Shown: piece after piece, positions 30,059 to 38,258 of the stretch | Layout of the letters: every line of letters begins with the position of its first letter | Position numbering within the stretch: the stretch's first letter is position 1 | Source: Bacteroidia bacterium | GTDB taxonomy: Bacteria > Bacteroidota > Bacteroidia > 2-12-FULL-35-15 | DNA length: 64,000 nt | Reading direction: 5' to 3' | Assembly: GCA_046594925.1 (NCBI GenBank) | Contig: JBKJQG010000357.1 | Span: 3,475 to 67,474, forward strand | Notes under the pieces: generated by a model | Databases searched by the model: none | What the model saw: the letters and a program-made list of their open reading frames with translations, nothing else | What the model was told of the DNA's origin: nothing | Position numbers and translations under genes: made by a program

Positions 30059-32155
30059 TCAGACTTTCAAACCTATTACCACCACGTCATCTACCTGCTC
30101 TAATTCTTTTTTCCAATTATCGAATTCGCTTTCAATTGCAGATTTCTGATCGCTTATCGGATCCGCCGCTATTTGCACAAGTAGTTCCTTAAGCTTCTTA
30201 TACTTGAATTTTTTTCCATGAGGACCGCCAAACTGATCTGCATATCCGTCGCTGAAAAGATAAACGCAATCCCCCTTTTTCAGCTGCACCAAATGATTCT
30301 GGTATTCATCTACTTTGCCGTCAAGGTTCACACCGATAGGGAATTTGTCCGCTTTGATCTCTTGAAGTTGTCCGTCACTGACATAATACAAGGAATTAAA
30401 AGCGCCTGCATATTGAAGTTCAAATGTTCGCAGATTGAAGGAACACAGTGAAAGGTCCATGCCGTCCTTCACGCCTTGGCCTGTTTCAGATTGCCGAAGT
30501 GTTTTTGTCACGCCCGCATCTAGGTGCTTTAATATATCGGAAGGTTTTGTCAGGCCGACTTCATTTACAGCCTGAGTCAATAAGTTGAAACCAACCACGC
30601 TCATCAGAGCTCCGGGAACTCCATGTCCTGTGCAGTCCACCGCCGCGAAACAAACCACATCATTCTTTTGTTCTATCCAATAAAAATCACCACTGACAAT
30701 GTCTTTCGGCCGATAAAAAATGAAACTGTCGGACAAGATTTTTTTCCAATGATCCACTGGAGGTAGAATGGATTCCTGGATGCGCTTGGCGTAGTTGATG
30801 CTGTCCGTGATCTCTTTTTTCTGTAAAGTAATTTCTACGTTCCGTTGTTCCAACAGATCATTCGCTTTCTGCTTGAGTTTGTAGCGATTGAACAGCAATG
30901 CCGACAACAGGAGTACGATCAGGATCGCCGTAAGCATCACCACCATCCACAGTTTGTTCTTGTTGAGCTGCAGGTCGCGGATCTCGCCGTCTTTCGTAAG
31001 AAGCGCAATTTCTTTTTCTTTCTTTTCACTTTCGTATTTTGTCTGAAGCTCATTCATCTGCCTGCTGGATTCTAAGTTGAAAATGGAATCTTTTACCCCC
31101 ATCAGCAGCCCTTGGTATTCATAGGCTTTCTCAAACTTTTTTTGTGCCTGGTAGGCGTAAGCGATCGATTCGTAGCCGCGTTTTAGAAGATCGTTGGATC
31201 CGATCTCTTTGCTGATCTGAAGAGCCTGTTGATAATATTCGAACCCTTTTTCATATTGCTTTCGGCTGCAATAGTTAGAACCCATGCTAAACAATGAGAT
31301 CGCCAATCCGTATTTGTCTTTCAGCTTCTTACGGATCTCTAAGGACTGTTCAAAATAATCGAATGCTTTTTCGAACTGGCTTTGGGATTCGTATACACTG
31401 CCAATGTTGTTCAACGTAAGCGCAGTGCCATTGTCATCGTTGTTTTCTTTTCTGACCGTTAGGGCCATAAAATAATATTCTAAACTTTTTTCGTAATCTC
31501 CTTGCAGCTTGTAAACCAAACCTATATTGTGCAAGGAGCTGCCGACTCCTTTCTTATTGCCGACCTCTTTTTTAACAGCCCATGAACGGTTGTGAAATTC
31601 CAAAGCCTCCTTGTATTTTCCCTGGCCTTGATAGATCAAAGCAATGTTGTTAAGTGTTCCACCCAGCTGCCATTTTCCAACATCTGAATTTTCAACAAGG
31701 GATAAGGATTGCATGTAGTATTTCAGCGCTTTGCTGTAGTCGGATTTGTCGTCATAGATCAGTCCGATGTTGTTTAGTGCAACCGCTAATTTTGCTTTAT
31801 CGTTAAGCCTTAGAGCAAGCTCATGAGCAGCCTCGTGGTGTTTTAACGCTTCGTCATAATTGCTGCTGTAATAGAGTACAAGGCCCAACACATTGTGGGC
31901 ATTCATTTCCCCCTGGAGATAACCTGCTTTTTTTGCCAATGCCAATGCATTAGTGGCATATTGAGTCGCCTGGGCGGAATCATCGGCTACAAATTCATAA
32001 CCAATCTCGTTCCAGATCCTTACTTTCAAAGTATCTACGGGATTTTTCGATAGCTCTGCTTGCAAACTGTCGACCATCTTTTTTGATCTTTGTGCAACGG
32101 AACTTGCACTCAAGGACAATGAAAGACAAAAAAGAAGCAGTTTATTCTTGTTCAT
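30059..32155 (-). CDS. TPR-repeat sensor with TM helix and C-terminal SpoIIE/PP2C-type Ser/Thr phosphatase domain
   Basis: Signal peptide, about 9 TPR units (NIG.VY...G.Y.KAL.Y...SL), a single TM helix (LWMVVMLTAILIVLLLSALLF), a coiled coil, then a PP2C domain (VSGDFYW...AVDCTGHGVPGALMS...DGYADQ). Confidence 0.85.
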   Translation of the reverse strand: MNKNKLLLFCLSLSLSASSVAQRSKKMVDSLQAELSKNPVDTLKVRIWNEIGYEFVADDSAQATQYATNALALAKKAGYLQGEMNAHNVLGLVLYYSSNYDEALKHHEAAHELALRLNDKAKLAVALNNIGLIYDDKSDYSKALKYYMQSLSLVENSDVGKWQLGGTLNNIALIYQGQGKYKEALEFHNRSWAVKKEVGNKKGVGSSLHNIGLVYKLQGDYEKSLEYYFMALTVRKENNDDNGTALTLNNIGSVYESQSQFEKAFDYFEQSLEIRKKLKDKYGLAISLFSMGSNYCSRKQYEKGFEYYQQALQISKEIGSNDLLKRGYESIAYAYQAQKKFEKAYEYQGLLMGVKDSIFNLESSRQMNELQTKYESEKKEKEIALLTKDGEIRDLQLNKNKLWMVVMLTAILIVLLLSALLFNRYKLKQKANDLLEQRNVEITLQKKEITDSINYAKRIQESILPPVDHWKKILSDSFIFYRPKDIVSGDFYWIEQKNDVVCFAAVDCTGHGVPGALMSVVGFNLLTQAVNEVGLTKPSDILKHLDAGVTKTLRQSETGQGVKDGMDLSLCSFNLRTFELQYAGAFNSLYYVSDGQLQEIKADKFPIGVNLDGKVDEYQNHLVQLKKGDCVYLFSDGYADQFGGPHGKKFKYKKLKELLVQIAADPISDQKSAIESEFDNWKKELEQVDDVVVIGLKV

Positions 32156-32188
32156 AGACTCTATATTTTTATTTCAATAATCAAACAT

Positions 32189-32218
32189 CCCTTCGACTGC
32201 GCTCGGGTCAGGCTGACT
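32189..32218. repeat. CTTCGACTGCGC-family element
   Basis: cccttcgactgcgctcgggtcaggctgac lies between the two convergent/adjacent TPR-phosphatase genes. Confidence 0.5.
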
Positions 32219-32226
32219 CATTTTCA

Positions 32227-34191
32227 TTATAGTCTAACACCAATAATGCAAACATCGTCCACTTGCTCCAAGGAGGATCTCCAGTTTTTGAAGGTCACTT
32301 CCAGTTCTTCTTTTTGCTTTTCCGATGAAAGGTCGGAAATTCTCAGCAAAAGTTCCTGCATGGGTTTGTATTTAAATTTTTTCCCCTTCTCGCCCCCGAA
32401 CTGATCGGCAAAACCGTCGGTGAACAAAAAAATACTGTCGCCCTTTTCCAGCTCAACGGTATGTGTCGTAAAAGGCAGCGGATTCTCGGTCTTGCCGATA
32501 GGCTGTTTGTTGGCCTTGATCTCCTTCAGCTCTTTCTGCTGGATGAACCAAAGCGGATTGTTTGCTCCGGCCCATTTTAATTCGACCTTGTTTTCATCCT
32601 TTGATCTCCTGATGGAACAAAGTGAAATGTCCATTCCATCTTTTACTTCCTGGCTTCCCTTAGAAAAGGTATCCAGCACCAATTCTCGGGTCTTATCGAG
32701 GATCTTTCCCGGATCGGTGATGCCAAATTCCAAAACAGTTCTGTTCAATGCATTGGAGCAGACCACAGAAACAATGGCGCCCGGAACTCCGTGCCCGGTA
32801 CAGTCCGCAGCTGCCAGAAAAAGTGTATCATCTTTTTGCTCTAGCCAGTAAAAATCACCGGCGACAATGTCTTTCGGCTGATAAAAGATAAAACTTTCGG
32901 GGAGCACCTTTTTAACCATGTGATCAGGCGGAAGGATAGCTTCCTGTAACCTTTTCGCATATGTAATGGAATCGAGGATCTCTTTCTGTTTTTCATCGAC
33001 GATGTTCTTCTGTTCTTCGATAATGCTTTTTTGTTTTCTGGTAATGCGTAGACGGTTAAAGACAAAAACAGAGAACAGCATCACTAGAAAAAGCCCACTC
33101 ACTGTGGCATACAGAATGATTTTTTGCTTTTGCTTTTGTTCGGCTGCAATTGCGGTTTCTTTTTCGTGTTCTTTTTCATCCAGCGCTTTTTGTTTTTCGT
33201 AAGCATACTGCATTTCGTGTTTCATGACTTCTTTTTGACTGTTTGCACTTTTCATGCTGTCATTCATCTGGTTATACAATTCATACATTGCAAGAGATTC
33301 TTTGTATCGGCCAGCTTTCTTATAACATTTGAACAAAGCGAGACTCAGGTAATTCAAATGAAGCACCGCACCTGAAGCTTCGGCGAGCACTAATCCTTTC
33401 TCATAAGAAGCGATGGCTGTTTTCAAATCTCCGGCGTTGTCATAGGTGCTGCCGATGTTGTAATGCGACATCGCCAGTCCCCTTTTGTCGCCCAACTGTT
33501 CGCGTATGATTAGAGACTTGTTGAAATAATATCTTGCTTTATCAATATCATTAAGGTTCACATAAATGGTTCCCATATTATTATACGCTGTGCCAATCCC
33601 GATTTTGTCATCGATCTCTTCTCTCAGTTTTAAACTGCGGGTATAGTATTCTATGGCAAGAGTGTTTTCTTTTTTTTGTGCATAAATAGCTCCTATATTA
33701 TTATAAGATGCAGCCATTCCGTCTTTCTCTCCAAGTTCTTCGCGTATTTTTAGACTTCTTTTATAGCACTCAAGCGCTTTGTCCGATTCTTCCTGATCTG
33801 TATAAATAGCACCCATGTTGTTGATGCAGGAAGCCTCACCTCTTTTATCGCCGATTTCCACACGGAGCTTTAAGCTTTTTGTAAAAAGATCAATGGCTCT
33901 TGCATAATCACCTTTAAAATAGTAAGTGGTGCCTTGTGTGTTGAGTGCTTGTCCCTGGTGCTTCTTGCTTCCGACTTTTGTTGCCAGGTCGTACTGAAGC
34001 TGCGCAAAATAATATGAACTGTCGGGGTTGGAATAAATATACCCGTCGAAGCTTATGTAAGTCATGGCATCTAGTCGCGCAGTATCCGGCTGTTTCGGAT
34101 CGTTCCAAATTTTCCATAAGCTGTCGAGGTTTACCTGCGCAATGCCTTGCAGACTGATAAAAAAAAGGAAGGTCGATGTGATCCGTTTCAT
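32227..34191 (-). CDS. TPR-repeat sensor with TM helix and C-terminal SpoIIE/PP2C phosphatase domain (paralog)
   Basis: Same architecture as the 30059 gene: conserved N-terminal DSLWKIWNDPKQPDTARL, TPR repeats, TM helix, then ...YAKRLQEAILPP...VAGDFYW...AADCTGHGVPGAIVS. Confidence 0.85.
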   Translation of the reverse strand: MKRITSTFLFFISLQGIAQVNLDSLWKIWNDPKQPDTARLDAMTYISFDGYIYSNPDSSYYFAQLQYDLATKVGSKKHQGQALNTQGTTYYFKGDYARAIDLFTKSLKLRVEIGDKRGEASCINNMGAIYTDQEESDKALECYKRSLKIREELGEKDGMAASYNNIGAIYAQKKENTLAIEYYTRSLKLREEIDDKIGIGTAYNNMGTIYVNLNDIDKARYYFNKSLIIREQLGDKRGLAMSHYNIGSTYDNAGDLKTAIASYEKGLVLAEASGAVLHLNYLSLALFKCYKKAGRYKESLAMYELYNQMNDSMKSANSQKEVMKHEMQYAYEKQKALDEKEHEKETAIAAEQKQKQKIILYATVSGLFLVMLFSVFVFNRLRITRKQKSIIEEQKNIVDEKQKEILDSITYAKRLQEAILPPDHMVKKVLPESFIFYQPKDIVAGDFYWLEQKDDTLFLAAADCTGHGVPGAIVSVVCSNALNRTVLEFGITDPGKILDKTRELVLDTFSKGSQEVKDGMDISLCSIRRSKDENKVELKWAGANNPLWFIQQKELKEIKANKQPIGKTENPLPFTTHTVELEKGDSIFLFTDGFADQFGGEKGKKFKYKPMQELLLRISDLSSEKQKEELEVTFKNWRSSLEQVDDVCIIGVRL

Positions 34192-34316
34192 GGTAGATGT
34201 TGTATCAAATATACTAATACTGAGGCTTATGACAACAATTCCGGCTAGCTAAATACATTAAAAAAAAATACCATATATTTGATTGTATATTCGATATAAC
34301 CGTTAAACTCTTTCCC

Positions 34317-35219
34317 ATGGTAATGAACTCAATCTATAAGTACACGCTGAAAGGCGCTGTTGTTGTGTCGGCCCTGCTATTATTCAGTTGTGGTTCCGAA
34401 GGCTCGGATGAAGCTAAAGGAGGAAATGATACCATTCCTATGCTTGATTCCATTCCGCATCATTCTGAGAATGCTTTTTATTCTATCCCTTCGCCTATTC
34501 AGCTGGGACAAATGCTGCAGCGTGCCGGAGCAGGCTATGATAAAAAAGTGCTGAACCCGGCGGAGAATGCTGCAAAGTATTCCAATACGAACAGTAAAGC
34601 CCTGAACCTGGGTGTTTTTGGTGCCGACTTAAGTTATTCTGCTGTATTCAACCAGCCTCAGGAAGTGATGATCTATTTGAAAAGCTCTAAACAGCTTGCA
34701 GAGGAACTGGGCATCACCACGAGTTTTTCTGCTTCCGTAATGGAACGCATGGAAAAAAATACTGGCAACCGCGATTCATTATTATACATCATCTCTGAAT
34801 TATTTCTGAGCTCCAATGAAGCACTTAAGGAAAATGACCAGTCCAACATTTCGGTACTGGTCTTGGCCGGCGGCTATATCGAAGGATTGTATGTGGGAAC
34901 ACAGGTAGCGAAAGAGGTCAAGAACAATAAGGCCATCTATGCACGCATAGGCGAATTTAGAGGCTCTTTGAGCAACATCATCATGCTGGTAAGCACCGTG
35001 AATGGAACAGATGGTTACGACATATTGAAGGACCTGAAAAGTATCAAAGCGGTCTACGACGAGAGTGCAGTTACTGAGGAAAGTCCTATAACCAGTGTTG
35101 ATACAACGAAAAAAATAATGACCATCGGCGGAAAGTCAAACTACACGTTGTCAAAGGAGCAGATCGAAAAGATCACGACTTTGGTTGCAACGATTAGAGC
35201 AAAAATTATTAAACCATAA
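34317..35219 (+). CDS. lipoprotein of unknown function
   Basis: Lipobox LLFSCGS; intact 300-aa ORF with no recognisable catalytic motifs. Confidence 0.55.
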   Translation: MVMNSIYKYTLKGAVVVSALLLFSCGSEGSDEAKGGNDTIPMLDSIPHHSENAFYSIPSPIQLGQMLQRAGAGYDKKVLNPAENAAKYSNTNSKALNLGVFGADLSYSAVFNQPQEVMIYLKSSKQLAEELGITTSFSASVMERMEKNTGNRDSLLYIISELFLSSNEALKENDQSNISVLVLAGGYIEGLYVGTQVAKEVKNNKAIYARIGEFRGSLSNIIMLVSTVNGTDGYDILKDLKSIKAVYDESAVTEESPITSVDTTKKIMTIGGKSNYTLSKEQIEKITTLVATIRAKIIKP

Positions 35220-35231
35220 ATCCGGACAGAT

Positions 35232-35651
35232 ATGAAAACTATCATAAGAATACTAGTTTTAGTTTTAGTTTGCAACACAACTGGCTTTGCGCAATGCACA
35301 GGTTTTGCGAAAAAAAGCATTTCCAGGCTAAAACCATATTTGAATACCCAGCAGGTCTTCGGCACCGTTCTTTTGAATGGCGACAAGACACAGGTTTCTT
35401 CCACTTTTTATTTCGGTGACGAATACCGTTTGCTCATCAGTGCCGATGAAAAATTAGGAAAGATTCAGCTGAACGTAAAGGATGCAGAAGGGAAAGTGGT
35501 TTATTCCACAAAAGCTTACGGTTCCATCATGTGGGATTTTAACGTGGAATCCACCCAAGATCTCACTCTGGAAGTGTTGACGCCTCCAGGATCTGAGGCG
35601 CAGTTAGAGGACAAAAGCGGTTGTGTGGCCATCATCGTCGGGTTCAAGTAG
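35232..35651 (+). CDS. small secreted protein of unknown function
   Basis: Signal peptide MKTIIRILVLVLVCNTTGFAQC; 139 aa. Confidence 0.5.
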   Translation: MKTIIRILVLVLVCNTTGFAQCTGFAKKSISRLKPYLNTQQVFGTVLLNGDKTQVSSTFYFGDEYRLLISADEKLGKIQLNVKDAEGKVVYSTKAYGSIMWDFNVESTQDLTLEVLTPPGSEAQLEDKSGCVAIIVGFK

Positions 35652-35668
35652 ACCTCAGAAAACATCGC

Positions 35669-35702
35669 AAATCCCTGTGCCACCGGTATGGGGATTTTTT
35701 TT
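35669..35702 (+). terminator. rho-independent terminator
   Basis: aaatccctgtgccaccggtatggggatttttttt. Confidence 0.6.
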
Positions 35703-35744
35703 GCAGATAATTGAATATTAAGTATCTTTACACCAGTTCTTTAA

Positions 35745-35914
35745 CACTTATCAAGAAAGGCGGAGGGACAGACCCTTAGATGCCTTAGCAACCCTGATAG
35801 TCAGGAGAGTGGAGTACAGAGTCAGGAGAATTTCTCCGAACTCCATTCTTCCAACTCCCTACTCAAAAGAAGGTGCTAATTCCTGTCTCGCATTTATGCG
35901 CGAACAGATAAGTC
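35745..35914 (+). promoter_or_regulatory. SAM-I riboswitch aptamer with an expanded P3 arm
   Basis: Near-consensus blocks CUUAUCAAGAaAGGCGGAGGGAcaGaCCC..GAUGcC...GCAACC and GGUGCUAAUUCCUG, a P4 hairpin cgcau-uu-augcg, and a P1 closing ACAGAUAAG. About 75 nt is inserted in P3. Confidence 0.8.
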
Positions 35915-35951
35915 AGAGTATATTTTTGAAATTATAAAAACAAAACCATAT

Positions 35952-35994
35952 AACTCCTCTGACTTTAAAAAGTGAGAGGAGTTTTTATTTTTTT
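35952..35994 (+). terminator. riboswitch expression-platform terminator
   Basis: aactcctctga-ctttaaaaag-tgagaggagtttttattttttt. Confidence 0.65.
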
Positions 35995-36012
35995 AAAAAT
36001 TCCTTCCGATTG

Positions 36013-36047
36013 CCTTCTCCTTCCGATAGCTATCGGGAAGGAGAAGG
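36013..36047. repeat. 35-bp near-perfect palindrome sharing the CCGATAGCTATCGG core with the element at 57214
   Basis: ccttctccttccgatagctatcgggaaggagaagg. Confidence 0.8.
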
Positions 36048-36069
36048 TGTTCGAAGGACGGATGAGGGC

Positions 36070-36828
36070 ATGGATGCACTAAACAGATTCAGCGATCGTG
36101 TAGACTACTACATAAAATTCCGGCCGGATTACCCGTCGGAAGTGTTGACGTTCTTAAAAGAGAAAGGATTTTTTAAGAAGGACAGCGTGATCGCAGACAT
36201 TGGTTCTGGAACCGGCATTTCCTCCGAGCTGTTTTTGAAAGACGGAAATGTGGTATATGGGGTGGAGCCGAACAAAGAAATGCGCGACGCTGCCGAAAGA
36301 TTGATGAAAGGGCAGGCCACATTTTGCAGTACAAATGGAACCGCAGAGCACACACAGTTGGCTACAGGAAGCATTGATCTTGTTGTGGCGGGGCAAGCTT
36401 TTCATTGGTTTGACAAAGAAAAGTGCAAGGAAGAGTTCAAGCGGATTCTGAAAAAGGACGGGGCCGTGTTGTTGATGTGGAACGATAGACGGACCGACAC
36501 AAGTCAGTTCTTACAGGCTTATGAGGATTTTATTAAAATGTTTGCAACAGATTACTTACAGGTAAACCACAAGAATATAGATGAAAAGATATTTGACGAT
36601 TTTTTTGGTGAAGGCCATTACAAAATGGAATTGTTTCTGAATTATCAGCATTTCGATTTAGAAGGATTAAAGGGACGAATTCTGTCTTCATCCTACATGC
36701 CCGCAAAAGGGCACAAAGATTTTGATTTCATGATGAGTGTGCTGAAAAAGACATTCACGCGCTTCGCAGAAGAGGGAAAGGTGACGATAGAATACGATAC
36801 GAAAATTTATTACGGGAAATTGAAATGA
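36070..36828 (+). CDS. class I SAM-dependent methyltransferase
   Basis: Motif I VIADIGSGTGISS, motif II-like DLVVAGQAFHWF and post-motif VLLMWN. Start taken at MDALNRF; the ORF track also allows an upstream start at 36010. Confidence 0.75.
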   Translation: MDALNRFSDRVDYYIKFRPDYPSEVLTFLKEKGFFKKDSVIADIGSGTGISSELFLKDGNVVYGVEPNKEMRDAAERLMKGQATFCSTNGTAEHTQLATGSIDLVVAGQAFHWFDKEKCKEEFKRILKKDGAVLLMWNDRRTDTSQFLQAYEDFIKMFATDYLQVNHKNIDEKIFDDFFGEGHYKMELFLNYQHFDLEGLKGRILSSSYMPAKGHKDFDFMMSVLKKTFTRFAEEGKVTIEYDTKIYYGKLK

Positions 36829-38258
36829 GGATTCGGCTGTTCCTTTTATTCTTGTTTATTTCTGTCAGCGGCTTTTCTCAAAAAAGCTACCTGGATTCGC
36901 TGTGGCATGTTTGGTCGGATGAAAAACAGCCCGATACCAGCCGCTTAAATGCTATTTATGATTTTGCCTGGGAGGGCTATCTTTCCAACCAGCCAGATAG
37001 CGCCTATTATTTTTCAAAGGCAATGCTCAGCTTTTCGAAAAAGAAAGGGTTGAAGAAGTACGAAGCGAAAGCAAACAATCTGCAGGGAACTTACTTTTAT
37101 AATACGGGCGATTACACCAGATCAATGGAATCGAACATAAAGAGTCTGGATCTCATGAAAGAGATAAATGATAAGAAAGGAATTGCGGCAGCACTGTCAA
37201 ACATAGGAGTTCTTTATAAGATCCAGGGTGATCTCACAAAAGCGATTGATTTCTATTCACAAAGCTTAAAAATAAAAGAGGAGCTCGGTGATCAGAAAGG
37301 CATTGGCGTATCCTATAATAATATTGGAAGCATCTACAATAGCCTCGGAGATTGCACACGTGCACTTTATTACTTCAACGAGGGTTTGAAGATCTGGGAA
37401 AAGCTGGGGGATAAAAAAGGAATAGCCGGAATACTAAATAATATTGGCATGGCCCAATTGGCGCAGAAGGATTACGTAAAAGCCCTGGAGAGTTATGACA
37501 GGAGTTTAAAGTTGCGACAAGAGATAGACGATAAGCCGGGAATTGCTAAAGCATTCGGCAGTATAGGCTCCCTTTATTTTTCGCAGAAAGAATATGAAAA
37601 AGCAATCGATTATTGTAACAGGTGCTTGGAGTTAAACATTGAAGTGCAGGACAAACAAGGTCAGGCGATAGCCTATGTGAATCTAGGGAGCATTTATCTT
37701 GCGCAAAAAGATTATCCCAAAGCGATCCTATACCTAAATAGAGGATTGAAGCTCTCTCAGGATATTGGTGCGGTGATGGAAACTCAGTCGGCGAGTGACA
37801 ATCTCTACAGCGTTTACAAGCTCATTGGGAAGAATAAAGAAGCACTTGAGATGCATGAACTCTTCGTTCTTATGCGTGATAGCATCAGTAGTGACCAGTC
37901 AAAAAAGGAGATTGTTCGGCAGGAATTCAAATATCAATATGAAAAAAAGGCGGCTGCTGATAGCGTAAAAGCAACAGAAGAAAAGAAGGTGGTGGAAGCG
38001 CAATTCAAGCAAGAGCAAACACAGAGGTATGTTCTATATGGCGGTGTGGCTCTTATGATAGTATTTGCAGGATTTATGTTCAACCGCTTCAGGGTCACCC
38101 AGAGGCAGAAAGAGCTCATAGAACTGCAAAAGCAAATTGTGGAACAAAAACAAAAAGAAGTATTGGATAGTATTTACTATGCAAAGCGAATACAACAGTC
38201 TTTACTTCCGACTGAAAAATATATTTATAAAAGCATGACAAGGCTAAAGAAATCATAA
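36825..38258 (+). CDS. TPR-repeat membrane protein, a paralog of the TPR-PP2C sensors that ends where the phosphatase domain would begin
   Basis: N-terminal YLDSLWHVWSDEKQPDTSRL, about 8 TPR units, a TM helix, and a C-terminus ...EVLDSIYYAKRIQQSLLP followed by a stop. Start overlaps the upstream gene (ATGA). Confidence 0.8.
   Translation: MRIRLFLLFLFISVSGFSQKSYLDSLWHVWSDEKQPDTSRLNAIYDFAWEGYLSNQPDSAYYFSKAMLSFSKKKGLKKYEAKANNLQGTYFYNTGDYTRSMESNIKSLDLMKEINDKKGIAAALSNIGVLYKIQGDLTKAIDFYSQSLKIKEELGDQKGIGVSYNNIGSIYNSLGDCTRALYYFNEGLKIWEKLGDKKGIAGILNNIGMAQLAQKDYVKALESYDRSLKLRQEIDDKPGIAKAFGSIGSLYFSQKEYEKAIDYCNRCLELNIEVQDKQGQAIAYVNLGSIYLAQKDYPKAILYLNRGLKLSQDIGAVMETQSASDNLYSVYKLIGKNKEALEMHELFVLMRDSISSDQSKKEIVRQEFKYQYEKKAAADSVKATEEKKVVEAQFKQEQTQRYVLYGGVALMIVFAGFMFNRFRVTQRQKELIELQKQIVEQKQKEVLDSIYYAKRIQQSLLPTEKYIYKSMTRLKKS

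Noticed and set aside
36010-36069. Upstream in-frame extension (MPSPSDSYREGEG...) of the methyltransferase ORF
   Set aside because: The extension is encoded by the 35-bp palindrome immediately after the riboswitch terminator. The start at MDALNRF (36070) is more plausible, though the longer start cannot be excluded without expression data.
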